64,000 nt of DNA from NCBI GenBank assembly GCA_951406725.2, contig OX597814.1, forward strand, positions 225,618,001-225,682,000, given 5' to 3'. The notes below the pieces were generated by a model. That model was not told the DNA's origin. It ran no database searches and was given only the letters and a program-made list of their open reading frames with translations. A program made the translations under genes and the position numbers. How positions within the stretch are numbered: the stretch's first letter is position 1; each line of letters opens with the position of its first letter. Below are positions 38,640 to 52,619 of this stretch, piece by piece. This DNA is from Octopus vulgaris. Lineage: Eukaryota.

Positions 38640-39215
38640 AGCTGGCAGAGTCGTTAGCATGCTGGCTGAAATGCTAAGCGGTATGTCGCCTGTCGCTACA
38701 TTCTGAGTTCAAATTCCACCAAGGTCGGCTTTGCCTTTCATCCTTTCAGGGTTGATGAATTAAGTACCAGTGAATCTGTCAACATCAATGGAATTTGTAG
38801 CTGTGATACCAGAGCCGGTGGCACGTAAGAGAACCATCCGAATGTGGCCGTAGCCAGCGCCGCCCAACTGGCATCTGTGCTGGTGGCACGTAAAAAGCAC
38901 CATCCGATCATGGCCGTTTGCCAGCCTCGTCTGACACCTGTACCGGTGGCACGTAAAAAGCACCCACTACACTCACGGAGTGGTTGGCGTTAGGAAGGGC
39001 ATCCAGCTGTAGAAACACTGCCAGATCAGACTGGAGCCTGGTGCAGCCTTCTGGCTTCCCAGACCCCAGTTGAACCGTCCAACCCATGCCAGCATGGAAA
39101 GCGGACGTTAAACGATGATGATGATGATGATGATGATGAGACACTGGGGTTGATGTAATCAGCTCATCCCCTCCCCACAAATTTCAGGACTTGTGCCTTT
39201 AGCAGAAAGGATTAT
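38640..39215 (+). mobile_element. SINE family C split by an RTE 3' UTR (38775-39139)
   Basis: The SINE resumes (acactggggttgatgtaatc) after the (GAT)n tail. Confidence 0.82.
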
Positions 39216-39519
39216 TATAAAAGGCAGTGAGCTGCCAGAATGGTTAGCACGTTGGACAAAATGCTTAGAGGTATTTTGCTCTTTGCTACGTTCCGAGTTC
39301 AAATTCCGCCAAGGTCAACTTTGCCTTTCATCCTTTCGGAGTTAATAAATTAAGTACCCGTGGAACACTGGGGTTGATGTAATCGACTAGGCCCTCCCAC
39401 CAAATTTTGGGCCTCGTGCCATTAGTAAAAAGGATCCTTTGTTTGTTTTCTTCTTTTTTAGTACTACTGCTCGTATCCCTACTGCAACAGCCTCTGCTCC
39501 CCTGAACTAGTTGTTAGTA

Positions 39520-39760
39520 TAACCACACCACTTAGGCTCAGCTGCATACTCTTACCAGACAGATCTAGCTACACACCATCTTCAACCTAATCTTAGCTGT
39601 ATACCTTCATTACCAAGACCTAGCTATATACCCTAACTAATCCAGGATTAGTAATATATCCTCACCTGCTAAGCCTAGCTACATACACTCTTAACCCTCA
39701 CCGTCCAGATTTAGCAGCATATCCTTTCTACCCAGGCTTAACTTCATACCCTTAAACCCA
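39520..39760. repeat. Degenerate ~29-bp tandem repeat (ctagctrYatacc core)
   Basis: About 8 periodic tagct...atac cores. Confidence 0.5.
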
Positions 39761-39963
39761 TCACTGTCTTGAAAGAAGACAGTTAATCTCTTCAAGAATA
39801 TGTACACTTTACCTTTATCAGGTAACTTTTTTTGCAGAAAAGAATCATCAAGCTAAGTAAAATTGCTGTCTTCCACAGACAGAGGCTTGCCTGTGCCACT
39901 TAAGAAGCATCTGCGCTGGTGCTGCACAAATGCACCCATGCCAGTGGCATGTAAAAACTACTG

Positions 39964-40189
39964 TTAACCCTTTTGTTACTGTATTTATTTGGAGATGCTC
40001 TGTGTTTCTTTCAATTACTTTAAATATAACAAAAATTTAGTAAAATAACTTAGTCATCATTCAGCTAGTGTTAGGAACATAAATTGTGACTAAGGTTTAG
40101 TGGAAGATTTTAATTCAGAACTTATGAAAACAAGACATTTGTAGTCAGAGCCAGAGCTGGTTTCAGCTGGGTTGGTAACGAAAGGGTTA
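39964..40189. mobile_element. piggyBac-type MITE family F
   Basis: ttaacccttttgttac ... gtaacgaaagggttac. Confidence 0.82.
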
Positions 40190-40772
40190 CGAGGTTGGCA
40201 AAAGGAAGGGCGTCCAACCATAGAAATCATGCCACAACAGACAACTGGAATCTGGACAACTCCCAGCTGGCCAGCTCCATTTCAAACCATCCAGCCTACG
40301 CCAGCATGGAAAATGGATGTTAAACAATGATGATGATGATGATGATGAATATCTTTAATTCAAGTAGGCAGTGATGTACTGAGTGATATAGTTTCCCTTT
40401 TTACTTGTTTCAGCTGTTGGACTGTGACCATGCTGGGTACAGCCTTGAAGGGTTTAGTTGAACAAATTGACCCCAGTACTGATTTTTTTTTTCTAAGCTT
40501 GCTCTACTCTAAACCCCTTCTCTTATAATTTTACCCATTTTTTGCTCCTCATGCCCTCGGATAAATTTGCTTTCATGGGGTTCATAGTTTTAAAAACTGT
40601 GACGGCCTCACTAGCCCTAGTGGCATGGAAAAGGCATCCTGTACATACTATAAAGTGGTTTGCATTAGGAAGGGTATCCAACCATAGAAACTATGCCTAA
40701 TCACACACAAGAGTATAATGCAGTCCTTAGGCCCATCAGATACTGTTAAATCAGCTAACTCTTATCAGCACC

Positions 40773-41485
40773 TCATCCGACGACAGGCACCCATGCCAAC
40801 CTCCCTTCATTGGACACTAAACTCTGCTTGCAAAGACCTGTTGGGGCAAGTGAAATCGGAATCGAAATTGAACCAATCCTATGACTGGCACCCGGCAGTT
40901 GCCAGGACCGCTGGACTGACTCCTGTGCAGGTGGCAAGTGAAGAAACATCATTTCGAACCTGTGCTTGAGGAGATCCATTGAGTCAAGGACACCAACATC
41001 AAAATCAATGGAAACTGCAGTTGTGATCTCTGTGCTGGTGGCACGTAAAAAGCACCATCTGAACGTGGCCGATGCCAGCGCCACCTTGACTGGCTTCCGT
41101 GCTGGTGGCACGTAAAAAGCACTATCTGAAGCGTGGCCGATGCCAGCGCCACCTTGACTCGCTTCCGTGCTGGTGGCACGTAAAAAGCACTATCTGAAGC
41201 GTGGCCGATGCCAGCGCCACCTTGACTCGCTTCCATGCCGGTGGCACATAAAATGCACCAATCCGATCGTGGCCATTGCCAGCCTCGCCTGGCACCTGTG
41301 CAGGCGGCACATAAAAAGCACCCACTACACTCACAGAGTGGTTGGCATTAGGAAGGGCATCTAACTGTCAGATCAGACTGGGCCTGGTGCAGCCTTTTGG
41401 CTTCCCAGACCGCAGTTGAACCGTCCAACCCATGCTAGCATGGAGAACAGACGTTAAACAATGATGATGATCATCATCATCATCC
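40773..41485 (+). mobile_element. Long RTE LINE 3' UTR copy with internal ~67-bp tandem units
   Basis: Five gtggcacRtaaaa(a/t)gcac units between 41032 and 41322; (GAT)n end. Confidence 0.85.
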
Positions 41486-41681
41486 TTGTCCTCATTTAAC
41501 ATCTAGTTTTCATTCTGGTATGGGTTGGATGGTTTGACAGGATCCAGCGAACTGTAAGGAAATAATGTGGTCAGGGATGATAATGAGAAATGAAAGCGAT
41601 TCTAGAGATGCAAGGATGTACTATGTGCCTTAATCACCCTACTCTTTAAACTGGTGTGCTTACTAGCTGTACTATCCACAC

Positions 41682-41888
41682 TCTTTACTCTGTACTCTTT
41701 TACTTGTTTCAGTCATTTGACTGCGGCCATGCTGGAGCACCGCCTTTAATCGAGCAACTCGACCCCAGGACTTATTCTTTTGTAAGCCCAGTACTTATTC
41801 TATTGGTCTCTTTTGCCGAACCGCTAAGTAACGGGGACATAAACACACTAGCATCGGTTGTCAAGCAATGCTAGGGGGACAAACACAG

Positions 41889-41925
<37 letters not shown>

Positions 41926-42090
41926 CACGACGGGCTTCTTTCAGTTTCCGTCTACCAAATCCACTCACAAGGCTTTGGTCGGCCTGAGGCTATAGTAGAA
42001 GACACTTGCCCAAGGTGCCACGCAGTGGGACTGAACTCGGAACCATGTGGTTGGTAAACAAGCTACTTACCACACAGCCACTCCTGCGCC
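41682..42090 (-). mobile_element. SINE family B
   Basis: Full-length match to other copies. Confidence 0.88.
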
Positions 42091-42271
42091 TGTAATTAAT
42101 CATACAAGAAAAATGTTATGAAAGCCCCTGGCAATCTATGCAATGGATGATCCCAGCCCCTCTGCATTGTTGAATGATTAATACAGAGTAAGGTATCCGG
42201 CCGGAAAACAATTTCATTAATAATTAAAAAACATACCAACAAAGCAATCTAACTGATTTTAATAATAAAAC

Positions 42272-42328
42272 AACGCACACACAAACACGCATACACAGAT
42301 ACATATACACAGATATATATACATACAG

Positions 42329-42359
<31 letters not shown>

Positions 42360-42496
42360 CATGCATACACACACAAACACGCATACACAGATACATATAC
42401 ACAGATACACATACATACAGATATATATGCATACACAGATACATATACACAGATATACATACATACAGATATATATACACAGATATACATACATAC

Positions 42497-42551
<55 letters not shown>

Positions 42552-42622
42552 CATATACATGCATACACACACATACAAACACGCATACACAGATACATAT
42601 ACACAGATATATATATACATAC

Positions 42623-42665
<43 letters not shown>

Positions 42666-42972
42666 CATGCATACACACACAAACACGCATACACAGATAC
42701 ATATACACAGATACACATACATACAGATATATATGCATACACAGATACATATACACAGATATACATACATACAGATATATATATATATACATGCATATAC
42801 ACACACACACACAAACACACAGACACAGATACATATATACAGATATATATACATACAGATATATATATACATATACATGCATACACACAGACACAAACAC
42901 GCATACACAGATACATATACACAGATATATATACATACAGATATACACATGCATACACACACATATATATAT
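42272..42972. repeat. Compound (CA)/(TA) microsatellite with higher-order units
   Basis: Recurrent acacacaaacacgcatacacagatacatatacacagata blocks separated by (TA)n; source of the spurious long ORFs at 42224-43092. Confidence 0.95.
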
Positions 42973-43344
42973 AGCAAAGATATTATAAATACAGGCTTTT
43001 GCACCAACAAAAAGGAGAAAAATCACAGAGATTACTTGTTTAAACAATCAGGGTCAGTTCTCGATATACAAATCAGAGGTAAAACTCAATAGGCTATGAG
43101 TCAATGATGGTGACTGTACATGGTCACTTGCCAAGCAAGAAATAGCACCTAAATCTCCCTCAACGCACATCCTATTACCTTTAAAAAGAGCACTTGTTAC
43201 ACTAAATTAAAGGGTAGTCATACCTGCCTTTGATAATAGGCCTACTTTAACATGATTGATCTGAGATTAAAAAACAACACCTCTAAAGGCTACAACTAAG
43301 GTTTTATAACAACACAAGCCCTAAGTACAATAAGCAGAATGAAC

Positions 43345-43765
43345 CAGTGGCTCTCAACCTGGGTCCTTATGACTCTTGGAGATCTATATAAGATTTTGTT
43401 GTTAAAATTCATCTGCAATGAATTGGTTTACACTTCTACAATACACAAATTTTTTTTTAAATTTTGCTTATCCATCATCACCATCACCATCATCATCATT
43501 TAATGTCTGCTTTCCCTGCTGGTATGGGTTATACAGTTTGACTGGAACTGATAAGCCAGAGAGCTGTACCATGTTCCAGTCTGATTTGGCATGATTTCTA
43601 CAGCTGGATGCCCTTCCTAATACCAACCACTCTGAGAGTGTAATAGGTACTTAATTACAAAAATATATCAATTTTTAAATATCAAATGGCTTGCAGATTC
43701 CATCTGAGTAAAATAGGAATGAAAGGGTCCATAGATAAAAAAAGAAAAAAGGTTGAAAAACACTG
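43345..43765. mobile_element. Old hAT (Charlie-like) MITE with nested RTE tail
   Basis: cagtggctctcaacct ... aggttgaaaaacactg ends; TSD not recognisable. Confidence 0.6.
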
Positions 43766-43957
43766 ATCTAACCAGCCATTCAACCTGCTAGAAACAGCAG
43801 CCAAATACTATTTCATCGTACCAAGTTATCTTGAAAAAGATAGCCACAGCTATCTTATGTCAGCTCAATAAACTTTGGTCCAAGGTTAAATCATAAACAA
43901 AGAATAGAAGCACCAGGCTATGACAACACCTGAAAGCAACCCAGAATCAAACATTCT

Positions 43958-44295
43958 GGCGCAGGAGTGGCTGTGTGGTAAGTAGCTTGCTTACCAACCA
44001 CATGGTTCTGGGTTCAGTTCCACTGTGTGGCACCTTGGACAAGTGTCTTCTACTATAGCCTCAGGCTGACCAAACTCCATAGTATATATATGTTTGTGTG
44101 TCTGTTGTGTTTGTCCCCCCAACATCGCTTGACAACCAATGCTGGTGTGTTTATGTCCCCATAACTTAGCGGTTCAGCAAAAGACTGATAGAATAAGTAC
44201 TAGGCTTACAACGAATAAGTCCTGGCGTCGATTTGCTCGACTAAAGGTGGTGCTCCAGCATGGCCACAGTCACATGACTAAAACAAGTAAAAGAG
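43958..44295 (+). mobile_element. SINE family B (internal deletion)
   Basis: Head and tail match the other copies. Confidence 0.85.
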
Positions 44296-44729
44296 CAATA
44301 TGTAGTTCTAGTGTCTCACAGGTAGATACTCTTGGCAGAGTACATGTGGATAAAAAACAGCATCATCATCATCATTGTTTTGATGGCCACTTCTGTATGC
44401 CCACATAAAATTTGTTGTGGCAGATTTTCAATGGCCAGATGCCCTTCTTGTCACCAACACTCACCTACTTCCAAGTAAGAAATTATTTCCGCATGGTTAA
44501 GCATGACTGGAAATGAAGGACATTTGCTTGCATGATGGTAACACTTGCTTACAACTAGCATATGATGCCATGGCACAGAAACAGTAACACATACACACAC
44601 ACATTCATCCCCACTTAAAGATGGTTGTTCTGTTAGAACAAATTATACTGTGGTAAATACAAAGAGAGGAACTCTCATATTGGTTTTTGGTGCAAAATGC
44701 ACTCTTGTTTATATTGCTAGCAGGGAGAT

Positions 44730-45062
44730 ATAATAATAATAATAATAATAATGAAATTATTGTATACAGTGCTCAGGTGCACAACAACTTGTCAAAAGTG
44801 TGTATAAAGCATATGCAGTAATGTACAAATGTCTGGGGAGTGAACAGTGTATGAGTCAGATAAATGTTTGCATGTGCACGGAGGGGAGAAAATCAGGTGT
44901 AGTGTTGGCGAATCTCAGGAAGCATGGAAGTTTTGAAGGATGCAGTGCTCCGACAACTAACAGCTGATGCCGGCAGTTTGTTCTCTTAGCACGAAAAAAT
45001 GTTTCTGAAAGTCATGGGAGCTGCTGTGCTGCTTTCTGACTTTGTAAACATGTCCACGGGTG
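44730..45062 (-). mobile_element. CR1-type LINE 3' end with (ATT)n tail
   Basis: Minus strand reads TRGHVYKVRKQH..SHDFQKHFFVLR..NKLPASAVSCRSTASFKTSML, the typical CR1 ORF2 terminus. Confidence 0.75.
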
Positions 45063-45454
45063 TAAATCCCTGCCATCTCCAGAGCCGAGACCAGCAGATC
45101 ACATAATTTCAACCTTCCTTGGTCTTATCAGTGATGGATGCTCAACTGCTATATATTTATATATACATATGAAAATGTTCTTTCAGTCTCCATTTACCAA
45201 ATTCACTCACTAAGCTTTTAGTTGGCCTAGGGCTATAGAAGAAGATACTTGCCCAATCTGACGAACATAAAAGACATCGACCACTGCACACTGGAGACAC
45301 ACAGCTGCACATGTGATGCGAACTGATGACACACGCTAGGTGAAGAATGCTGTCTGCTGGCCGGGATTCTGTGTCCCACATCACCTGATCAAGCAGATCT
45401 GTGATCAGAGACATTCCAACTACAACTATCCCATTTGTTTTTCAGGAAGTATTT

Positions 45455-45785
45455 CTACCGCTCAGTGGTTACTGTGTCAGGCTCAGAATCATGAGGTAGT
45501 GATTTCGATTCTTGCACTAGGCTGTGTTTTGTGTTCTTGAGGAAGACACATTATTAAACATTGCTCCAGTTCACTCAACTGTAGAAATGAGTTGCGACAT
45601 CACTGGTGCCAAGCTGTATTGGCCTTTGCCTTTCCCTTGGTGTGAACAGGGGAGGTTGGTATGCATGGGCAATTGCCGACCTTCCACAAACAACCTTGCC
45701 CAGACTTGTGCCTCAGAGGGGAAATTCCTAGGTGCAATCCCATGGTCATTCATGACTGAGGGGGGTCTTTACCCTATTTACCCTT
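45455..45785 (+). mobile_element. SINE family D copy
   Basis: Aligns by eye with 210-553. Confidence 0.78.
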
Positions 45786-46411
45786 CCTAGAACTACATTA
45801 TCCAATATCTCCTTTTTTTTTATGACAATAGGATACGAGTTGCTAGAGACCTAACTGCTAGTTCTTGTAAGTCAAGCTACCATGTAGAGGTTTTTTTCAT
45901 TAGCTTGTGTGTTCACATGGAATTAAACCCATGACAAGAGATAATCAAGAAGAACATGGTAAGGTTAGCTGCCAGGATGTGGGTTTCACAAATAAGAGCC
46001 ACTTCATTGAAAGGAGCTTTATGTTGTGTTGTAAAACCATTCAACCAATGTTAGCATAATAAAACAGAGATTAAAGCTGTGGTGGTGGTGGTGGAAATGG
46101 CAGCAATGATGATGATGGTGATAATAAAGACAACAATGATGATGGTTGTGGTGGTGGTGGTGATGCTGTTGATTGTCCAATAAACTGAAGCACTTAAAGC
46201 TGGCATGGTACCAGTTGTCCAGTCGCTCAAACCAAAGTGATTTGGCATAAGACGATGGAAATGGAGATTTGTAACTGGGTTTGAACTCAGACACAGAATT
46301 CATTGGACTACATTGTTGCCCTTGGTTACGACAAGTTAAGTCAGCTCCAGCCACTTGAGAGAACATTATTTACAACGGAATGAAAGGCAAAAACATAAAC
46401 CTCCCTCTCAC

Positions 46412-46476
46412 CTCGGCAACCAGTCCAAGGTCTCCTTTCTCCTGGACGTCATTCTTTATCTTATCCACACTGCGTC
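46412..46476 (-). CDS. LIG1: LIG1 exon: RSVDKIKNDVQEKGDLGLVAE
   Basis: AG/GTGAG boundaries; GDLGLVAE motif. Confidence 0.95.
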
Positions 46477-47572
46477 CTAAATAAAAGAACAAGAATTAAC
46501 ATTAAAAAGCAGCAGACAGGAGTAATAATCAAAAGGAGGAGGAGGAGGACAGAAAACTACCACTATTACTGCTACTACTACTACTAAGTAGAATAACAAT
46601 GAATAGAAAAATGTCGCCATCATTATTAGAAAATAGTCATAATTTTCTACTGAGATAATCCAAGTTAATATACGAGGCTTATAGTGTTTTAGACAATAAA
46701 CTACTTATGGTGCACAATTTGCTAAGGTGGTGGTGGTCTTCGTTGTCATCATCATCATCATCATCATCATGTAATGTCCACTTTTCCCATCTTGCATGAG
46801 TCAGATGGAGTTTATTTGCAGTAAATTTTCCATGGTCAGACACTGTTCCTGTAGCCAATCCTCACCCGTTTTCAAGCGAAATAATATTTGCCAATTGCTA
46901 GAGATGCCCTTTTGCAGGACATTGGAAATGTGACAGTGACACTTGTTCACAACAATCACAAAACATCAAAACAAGGAGGCACACACACACACACACACAT
47001 AAAACAGGCTTCTTTCAGTTTCTATCCACAAAATCTACTTCCAAGGCTTTGGTTGGCCCAAGGTTACAGTAGAAGACAACTGCTCAAGGTACTACACCAT
47101 GGAATTAAACCTAGGACCATATGGTTGGGAAGCAAAATTCTTACTATACAACCATGCTTGCATCTAAAGAGAGAACTGTAAATTAAACTTAATGGTGGGG
47201 GGCTGGGGGAAGGGGAGGTAGACGAGGGGAAAGGGCTGGAGGAGGTCCACAACATTTTGCTTTGGGCATGAAGCTGGATGAATCACAGCCAGTACTTGTA
47301 GCTCTTTATTTATTTATCCATTCATTTTGATTCTACTAAGATGAAAGACAACACTGACTCTAGCAGGATTCGAACGCATAATCTAGAAGACAATTTCCTT
47401 TCCTGTATCTGCAACGGCCTCTACTCTCCTCATCTATCTGCATATCCTCTCCACCACATTCACCCATCCAATCTGCTTCTCTTCCTCTTCATGTCAACTT
47501 CAAAGTGTCTCACTTTCAAGACACCACGTAAAATACTTTCACAGTTTTTTATTTTCCGGGAATGTCTGTAGC

Positions 47573-48578
47573 GGGGGTGGTTGCTCTGAGAGAGTAAGCA
47601 GCTAGAATAAAGAGTAGTCTGGGCAAAGTTCAGAGAGCTCCTACTTCTGCTGGCAACTAAGGGGCTCTCGCTCAGGATGAAAGGCAGACTGTATGATGCA
47701 TGTGTGTGAACTGCCATGCTACACGGCAGTGAAACATGGGCCGTGACTGCTGAGGAGATGCATAGGCTTGAAAGAAATGAAACTGGTATGATCTGCAGGA
47801 TGTGTAATGTCCATGTGCATACACTGACAGAGTGTAAGCGCCCTGATAGAAAAGTTGGGCATAAGAAGCATCAAATGTGGTGAGTAAAAGAGAGACAATT
47901 GCACTCGTATGGTCATGTGCTACATATGGATGAGGAGAGCTGTGTGAGGAGGTGCCACTCCCTAACTGTGGAGGGAACCTGTGGAAGAGGTACACCTAGG
48001 AAGACATGGGATGAAGCGGTGAAGCATGACCTTCGAACATTGGGTTTCACAGAGGTAATAACAGGAGACCGAGACTTTTGGAGATATGCTGTGATTGAGA
48101 AGACTCGGCAACTAAAGTGAGATCGCAGCCATGCATGTCCGACCCAGTTAAGAGTATCCCGGATGCGTCGAGCAATGTGATATGCTTGAGAAGACCTGTT
48201 GAGTCAAGTAAAACCAATATCGTAGCTGTGGCCAGTACCCCTTGACTGGCTCCCATGCCGATGGCACATAAAACGCACCATCTGAACATGGCTGATGCCA
48301 GTACCCCCAACTGGTTCCAGTGCCAGTGGCATATAAAAAGCACTATCCAAAAGTAATTGATGCCAAGTCCGCCTGACTGGCTCCTGTGCTGGTGGCACAT
48401 AATAAGCACCCACTACACTCTCAGAGTGGTTGGCACTAGGAAAGGCATCCAGCTGTAGAAACCTTGCCAGATCAGATTGGAGCCTGGTGCAGCTGCTGGC
48501 TCTCCAGACCTCAGTCAAACCGTCCAGCCCATGCCAACATGGAAAATGAACGTTAAATGATGATGATGTTGATGATGA
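47573..48578 (+). mobile_element. 5'-truncated RTE LINE: ORF C-terminus, 3' UTR and (GAT)n tail
   Basis: WAKFRELL...KGRLYDACV.TAMLHGSETWAV...YGHVLHMDEES...GRGTPRKTWDEAVKHDLR is contiguous with the most abundant repeat of the window, identifying that repeat as this LINE's 3' UTR. Confidence 0.9.
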
Positions 48579-49126
48579 TAATCCTTAGGAATTCCTTTTT
48601 ACCCATGCTTTTCCTACAAACATTGATCTACAAATGCTTAAGCTGAACATCAGCCACATTAATCTCACCAGTGTGGAAGGGCTTGTACTGGTCAGTAACA
48701 CCTGATGCTCCTTTACTGCTAATTCATCATCATCATCTGTTAACGTCTGTTTTCCAAGCTGGCATGGGTTGGACAGCTTGACATGAGCTGGCAAGGCCAG
48801 AGGCCACACCAGGTTCTGTAGTCTGATTTTGGCTTGGTTTCTATAGCTGGATGCCCACTCTAACAGCAACCACTTCACAGAGTGTTCAAGATACAAGGTG
48901 CATTACCAGTGTTTTTTTTTTTTTTTGCACCAGTACTTTTAATGTGTCGCCAACACTAGTGCTTTTTACATGGCACCAGCACCCATGCTTTTAATGTAGC
49001 ACCAAAACCTGTGCTTTTTACGTGGTACCTGTACCAGTGTTTTTAACGAGTCACTTGCATCAGTGGCTTTTAAGTGATACAAAAACTAAAAAAAAACACT
49101 TCTTGGAAAATAGGAGCAGAACTTAC

Positions 49127-49299
49127 CTGTGGCTTGTGCTATTGCTTTCATCAAGACCATCTCCCCAATACCAAGTTCAATTCCTTCATAGGCTGGAGCC
49201 AATTTGTTCAGACAAAGGTACACACAACAGAGCAGGTCATCAGGTGACAGTAATATTACGGAACGAAAAAAGTTAGACAATATTTCAATCATTTTTAAC
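49127..49299 (-). CDS. LIG1: LIG1 exon: [14 protein letters not shown]...[19 protein letters not shown](G)
   Basis: AG/GTAAGT boundaries; lies within ORF 49086..49319. Confidence 0.96.
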
Positions 49300-51023
49300 C
49301 TGTAAAAGGAAAATAACAAGCAAAATAATTATTATGCAAAATTTTTGTAATCCCAATTCAAACTATGAATAAATAATGTCATCAAATGCTATTGCCTAAT
49401 CAGACTGGAATGGTGATTTAAAAAATTTTTTTCTAATAGGTGATAGGGCCATGAGGTAAAGAAATTTGCTTCCCAACTACATGGTCTCAGGTTCATTCCT
49501 AATGTGCAGAACCTTGGACAAATGTCTTGTATTGTAAGTTCCAGGCCAACCAAAGTCGTATGGGTAGATTTAGTAGATGGAAACTGAAAGAAGCCCACTA
49601 TGTGTGTGTGTACCCTTGTCTTGACATCATGTAAGCAAACATCACCATCATACAAGTGATGTTGTTTGTTTCCAATGTGCTGCGAAAAACACATCTGGCC
49701 TTGGGAAAATATTACATTGCTTGGAAACAGGAGGAGGAGGCTGATGAAAGGAAGAGCATCTGGCTGTAGGAAATCTGCTTCAGTAAACTCTGACTGACCC
49801 CATGCAAACATGGAAAAGGGTGTGTTAAATGGGGCTATGTTATCAAGGAGAATGAATGACGCAAATTAAAACCATGACGACAAGCGTCACCCCAGCAACA
49901 ACTTCCACTCATCTGCGACATCTTCACAAGGTAAGAGGGAATGCATATGGCCAAATACAAGAGTTAACAGAGCAAACAACCAAGAGGTCAGCATATTGTG
50001 CTCTGTCACTCTAACATTTGAGATCTGTAGGTCAAAGTGCATATCTCTCAAATGTGTAATTATTATAACAAAAGTAAATAACACTAAATGGCTGGGCCCT
50101 ACAAAACCCCTGAATGAAGGATTTGATGGTATGTCTCAGAATGCTTTCCCTAATGGGAGTTGCACAATTTCCAAGTTATAGAGACTAATTGAAGCTCTGA
50201 GACAGGAAGGCAATACTCAGGAAATGACAGCTTGTAAATAAATGAGTAAACATCTATGTGTAATCGACTTAACTGTATTCAACCTACCTGGCCAGGTGAA
50301 AGCAACACGACAAAAGATGAAAATCAATAAGAAAATCAATCTACATTCATAATATAAACCAATAATCGTTATAACATTAATAAATTTCATCCAAATTCAT
50401 GGAATTGTTACGTATTTTTATGTTTTGCACACTAGATTAACTGTATTTCATTCATCTTAAGTTTTTAACAGAACTGGCCAACTTATACAGAGAAAGCATC
50501 ACAGGAGATTAAGAATTAAATGTGGTAACTCACTTCACTATTGCTTTATAATGCAGATGATATATATGAGTAACTTGTTTAAGTAAATTATTCCCTAAAT
50601 TAGAAAAGTTTGTTCACAAGATTCAAGTACTGAAACTTTATGAGAATCATTTTCTGATTTGCCGACAGAGTGAAGCACATATGTTTATTAAAAGAGATGA
50701 TTCTAAAATTCAAAGGGCTAATAAAGTTATATATGTTCATTAAATTAGTTACCACTCTTCACAATATACACCTATTTTGCATATACTTCACATCATTTTG
50801 CTTTACTTAACTTTTATATACAGGAGGGAGTCATTCTGAATTTACTGTTGACAGATAAGAAGTGGGGAAAACATCCATTGTTATAAATAAAATTCTCAGC
50901 TCCAAACTTATTCCATCCTAACTTATTGAGGTAAAACAAATAATGTAAAAGTGCAACAACAATTATAATAATTATAAAAGCAACCAGTCAGTATAGGAAT
51001 ATTAATAGAAAAAACTTTCTTAC

Positions 51024-51080
51024 CTTGCAGATACATTTTCAATTTCTTCAAATGTTTTTGCCAGAGCCAAATAAGGGACC
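51024..51080 (-). CDS. LIG1: LIG1 exon: VPYLALAKTFEEIENVSA(R)
   Basis: AG/GT boundaries; conserved start of the DNA-binding domain. Confidence 0.95.
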
Positions 51081-52587
51081 CTAAAAATGATTAAGAAATT
51101 TTGTGAAATTATAATCATTCTGAAGTGGGGGCACATAGCTTAATAAGATTGTGGTTTTCATTCCTGGACTGAGCAATTCGTTGTGTTCCTGAACAACAAA
51201 CTTCATTTCACATTACTCCAGTCCAAACAGCTTGTACAAATGAGTAATCTTGTAAAAAACCGGGCATCTGGCTCTATACTCCTTACAGAATAACATGGAC
51301 TAATCACAAGTGTTCTGAGAAAAACTGAGAGAGCTTGTTGTTCAACCCTTCAGCATTCAAACAGGCTATATTAGGCCCCCAAATATTCTGCATGTTTAAT
51401 GCTCAAGCTAGCCAGATCAGACCTCTTACTCTTACCTAACAATGCCAGTCTAAAAATAAACAATGACATTATATTAATCTCGACGTGACAAGATAACGTA
51501 TCATCAATTCAAAGCAATATGAATAAATAAACATTATATTTGATTAATCTGGATGCTAAATCATTAAGCTAAAAGATTCAGTTTGATGTACATGGTTCAA
51601 ATATATAATGACAAAGGATCCACATGTATATTTGTAGCAAACAACATGACCATGTGGTAAGAAGTTTGCTTTCCAAACAAATTCATTTCAAGTTTAGTCC
51701 CACGGCGAGCTACCTTAGGTAAGTATCTTCCGCTAAAGTTCCAGACCAAAACAAAGCCTTACAAGTGGATTTGATTAGTGAAACTAAGAAACCTATTGTG
51801 TGTGTGTGTGTGTGTGTATTACAAGCCAGGTGGAATCGTAGCAAATATTGGTGTCATGCAACTGGCCAGTGGCATGTAAAAACACCCACTACACTCTTGG
51901 AATGGTTGACGTTAGGAAGGGCATCCAGCTGCAGAAACCATGCCAAATCAGACTGGAGTCTGGTGCAGCCCCTCAGTTTACCAGCCCTGGTCAAACTATC
52001 CAACCCATGCCAGCATGGACGACAGACATTAAATGACGATGATGATGATGATGATGAACTTAGAATACTTTCATGAAATGAACAAAGATAAGGTTGTTGC
52101 TTTAGTCACACTGAAGATAAATCAGGTGGTTTTGTTGAATTAATGAGATTCAGTTGTCTTGGAGATGCTCTTTTGCACATAATAAAAAATGCAACATTTT
52201 TAGAGAAATAAACCTGTCAAAATAAATTGCTTATACACAATAACATTGAATAAAAGGTGATCTGATGTGGTGCTTTAACACTTCTGTTGCCATATTTCTG
52301 TTAAAAATCCACTTCTTGTGTTTTAATTAACTTTGAAAATAATGACAACTTTAGTAAAATAATTTTTGTCTTTATTAAGCTGGAATTTGGAAGAAATAAA
52401 CATAAAATTTTGATGAAAGCTTTTAACTTAGATCACTTTAACCCTTTTGTTGCCATATTGCCAATGAAATATACTATCTTTGTTTAACTTAATTTTGGAA
52501 GTATTGAAGAATTTTAACTGTCATTATTAAACAGCTATTTCAAACATAAAGATGGAATTTTGATGGAAGATTTTAATTTAAACCACT

Positions 52588-52588
<1 letters not shown>

Positions 52589-52619
<31 letters not shown>

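Noticed and set aside
42224-43092. Four ORFs of 243-262 aa
   Set aside because: Translations of a (CA)/(TA) microsatellite that lacks stop codons; not genes.
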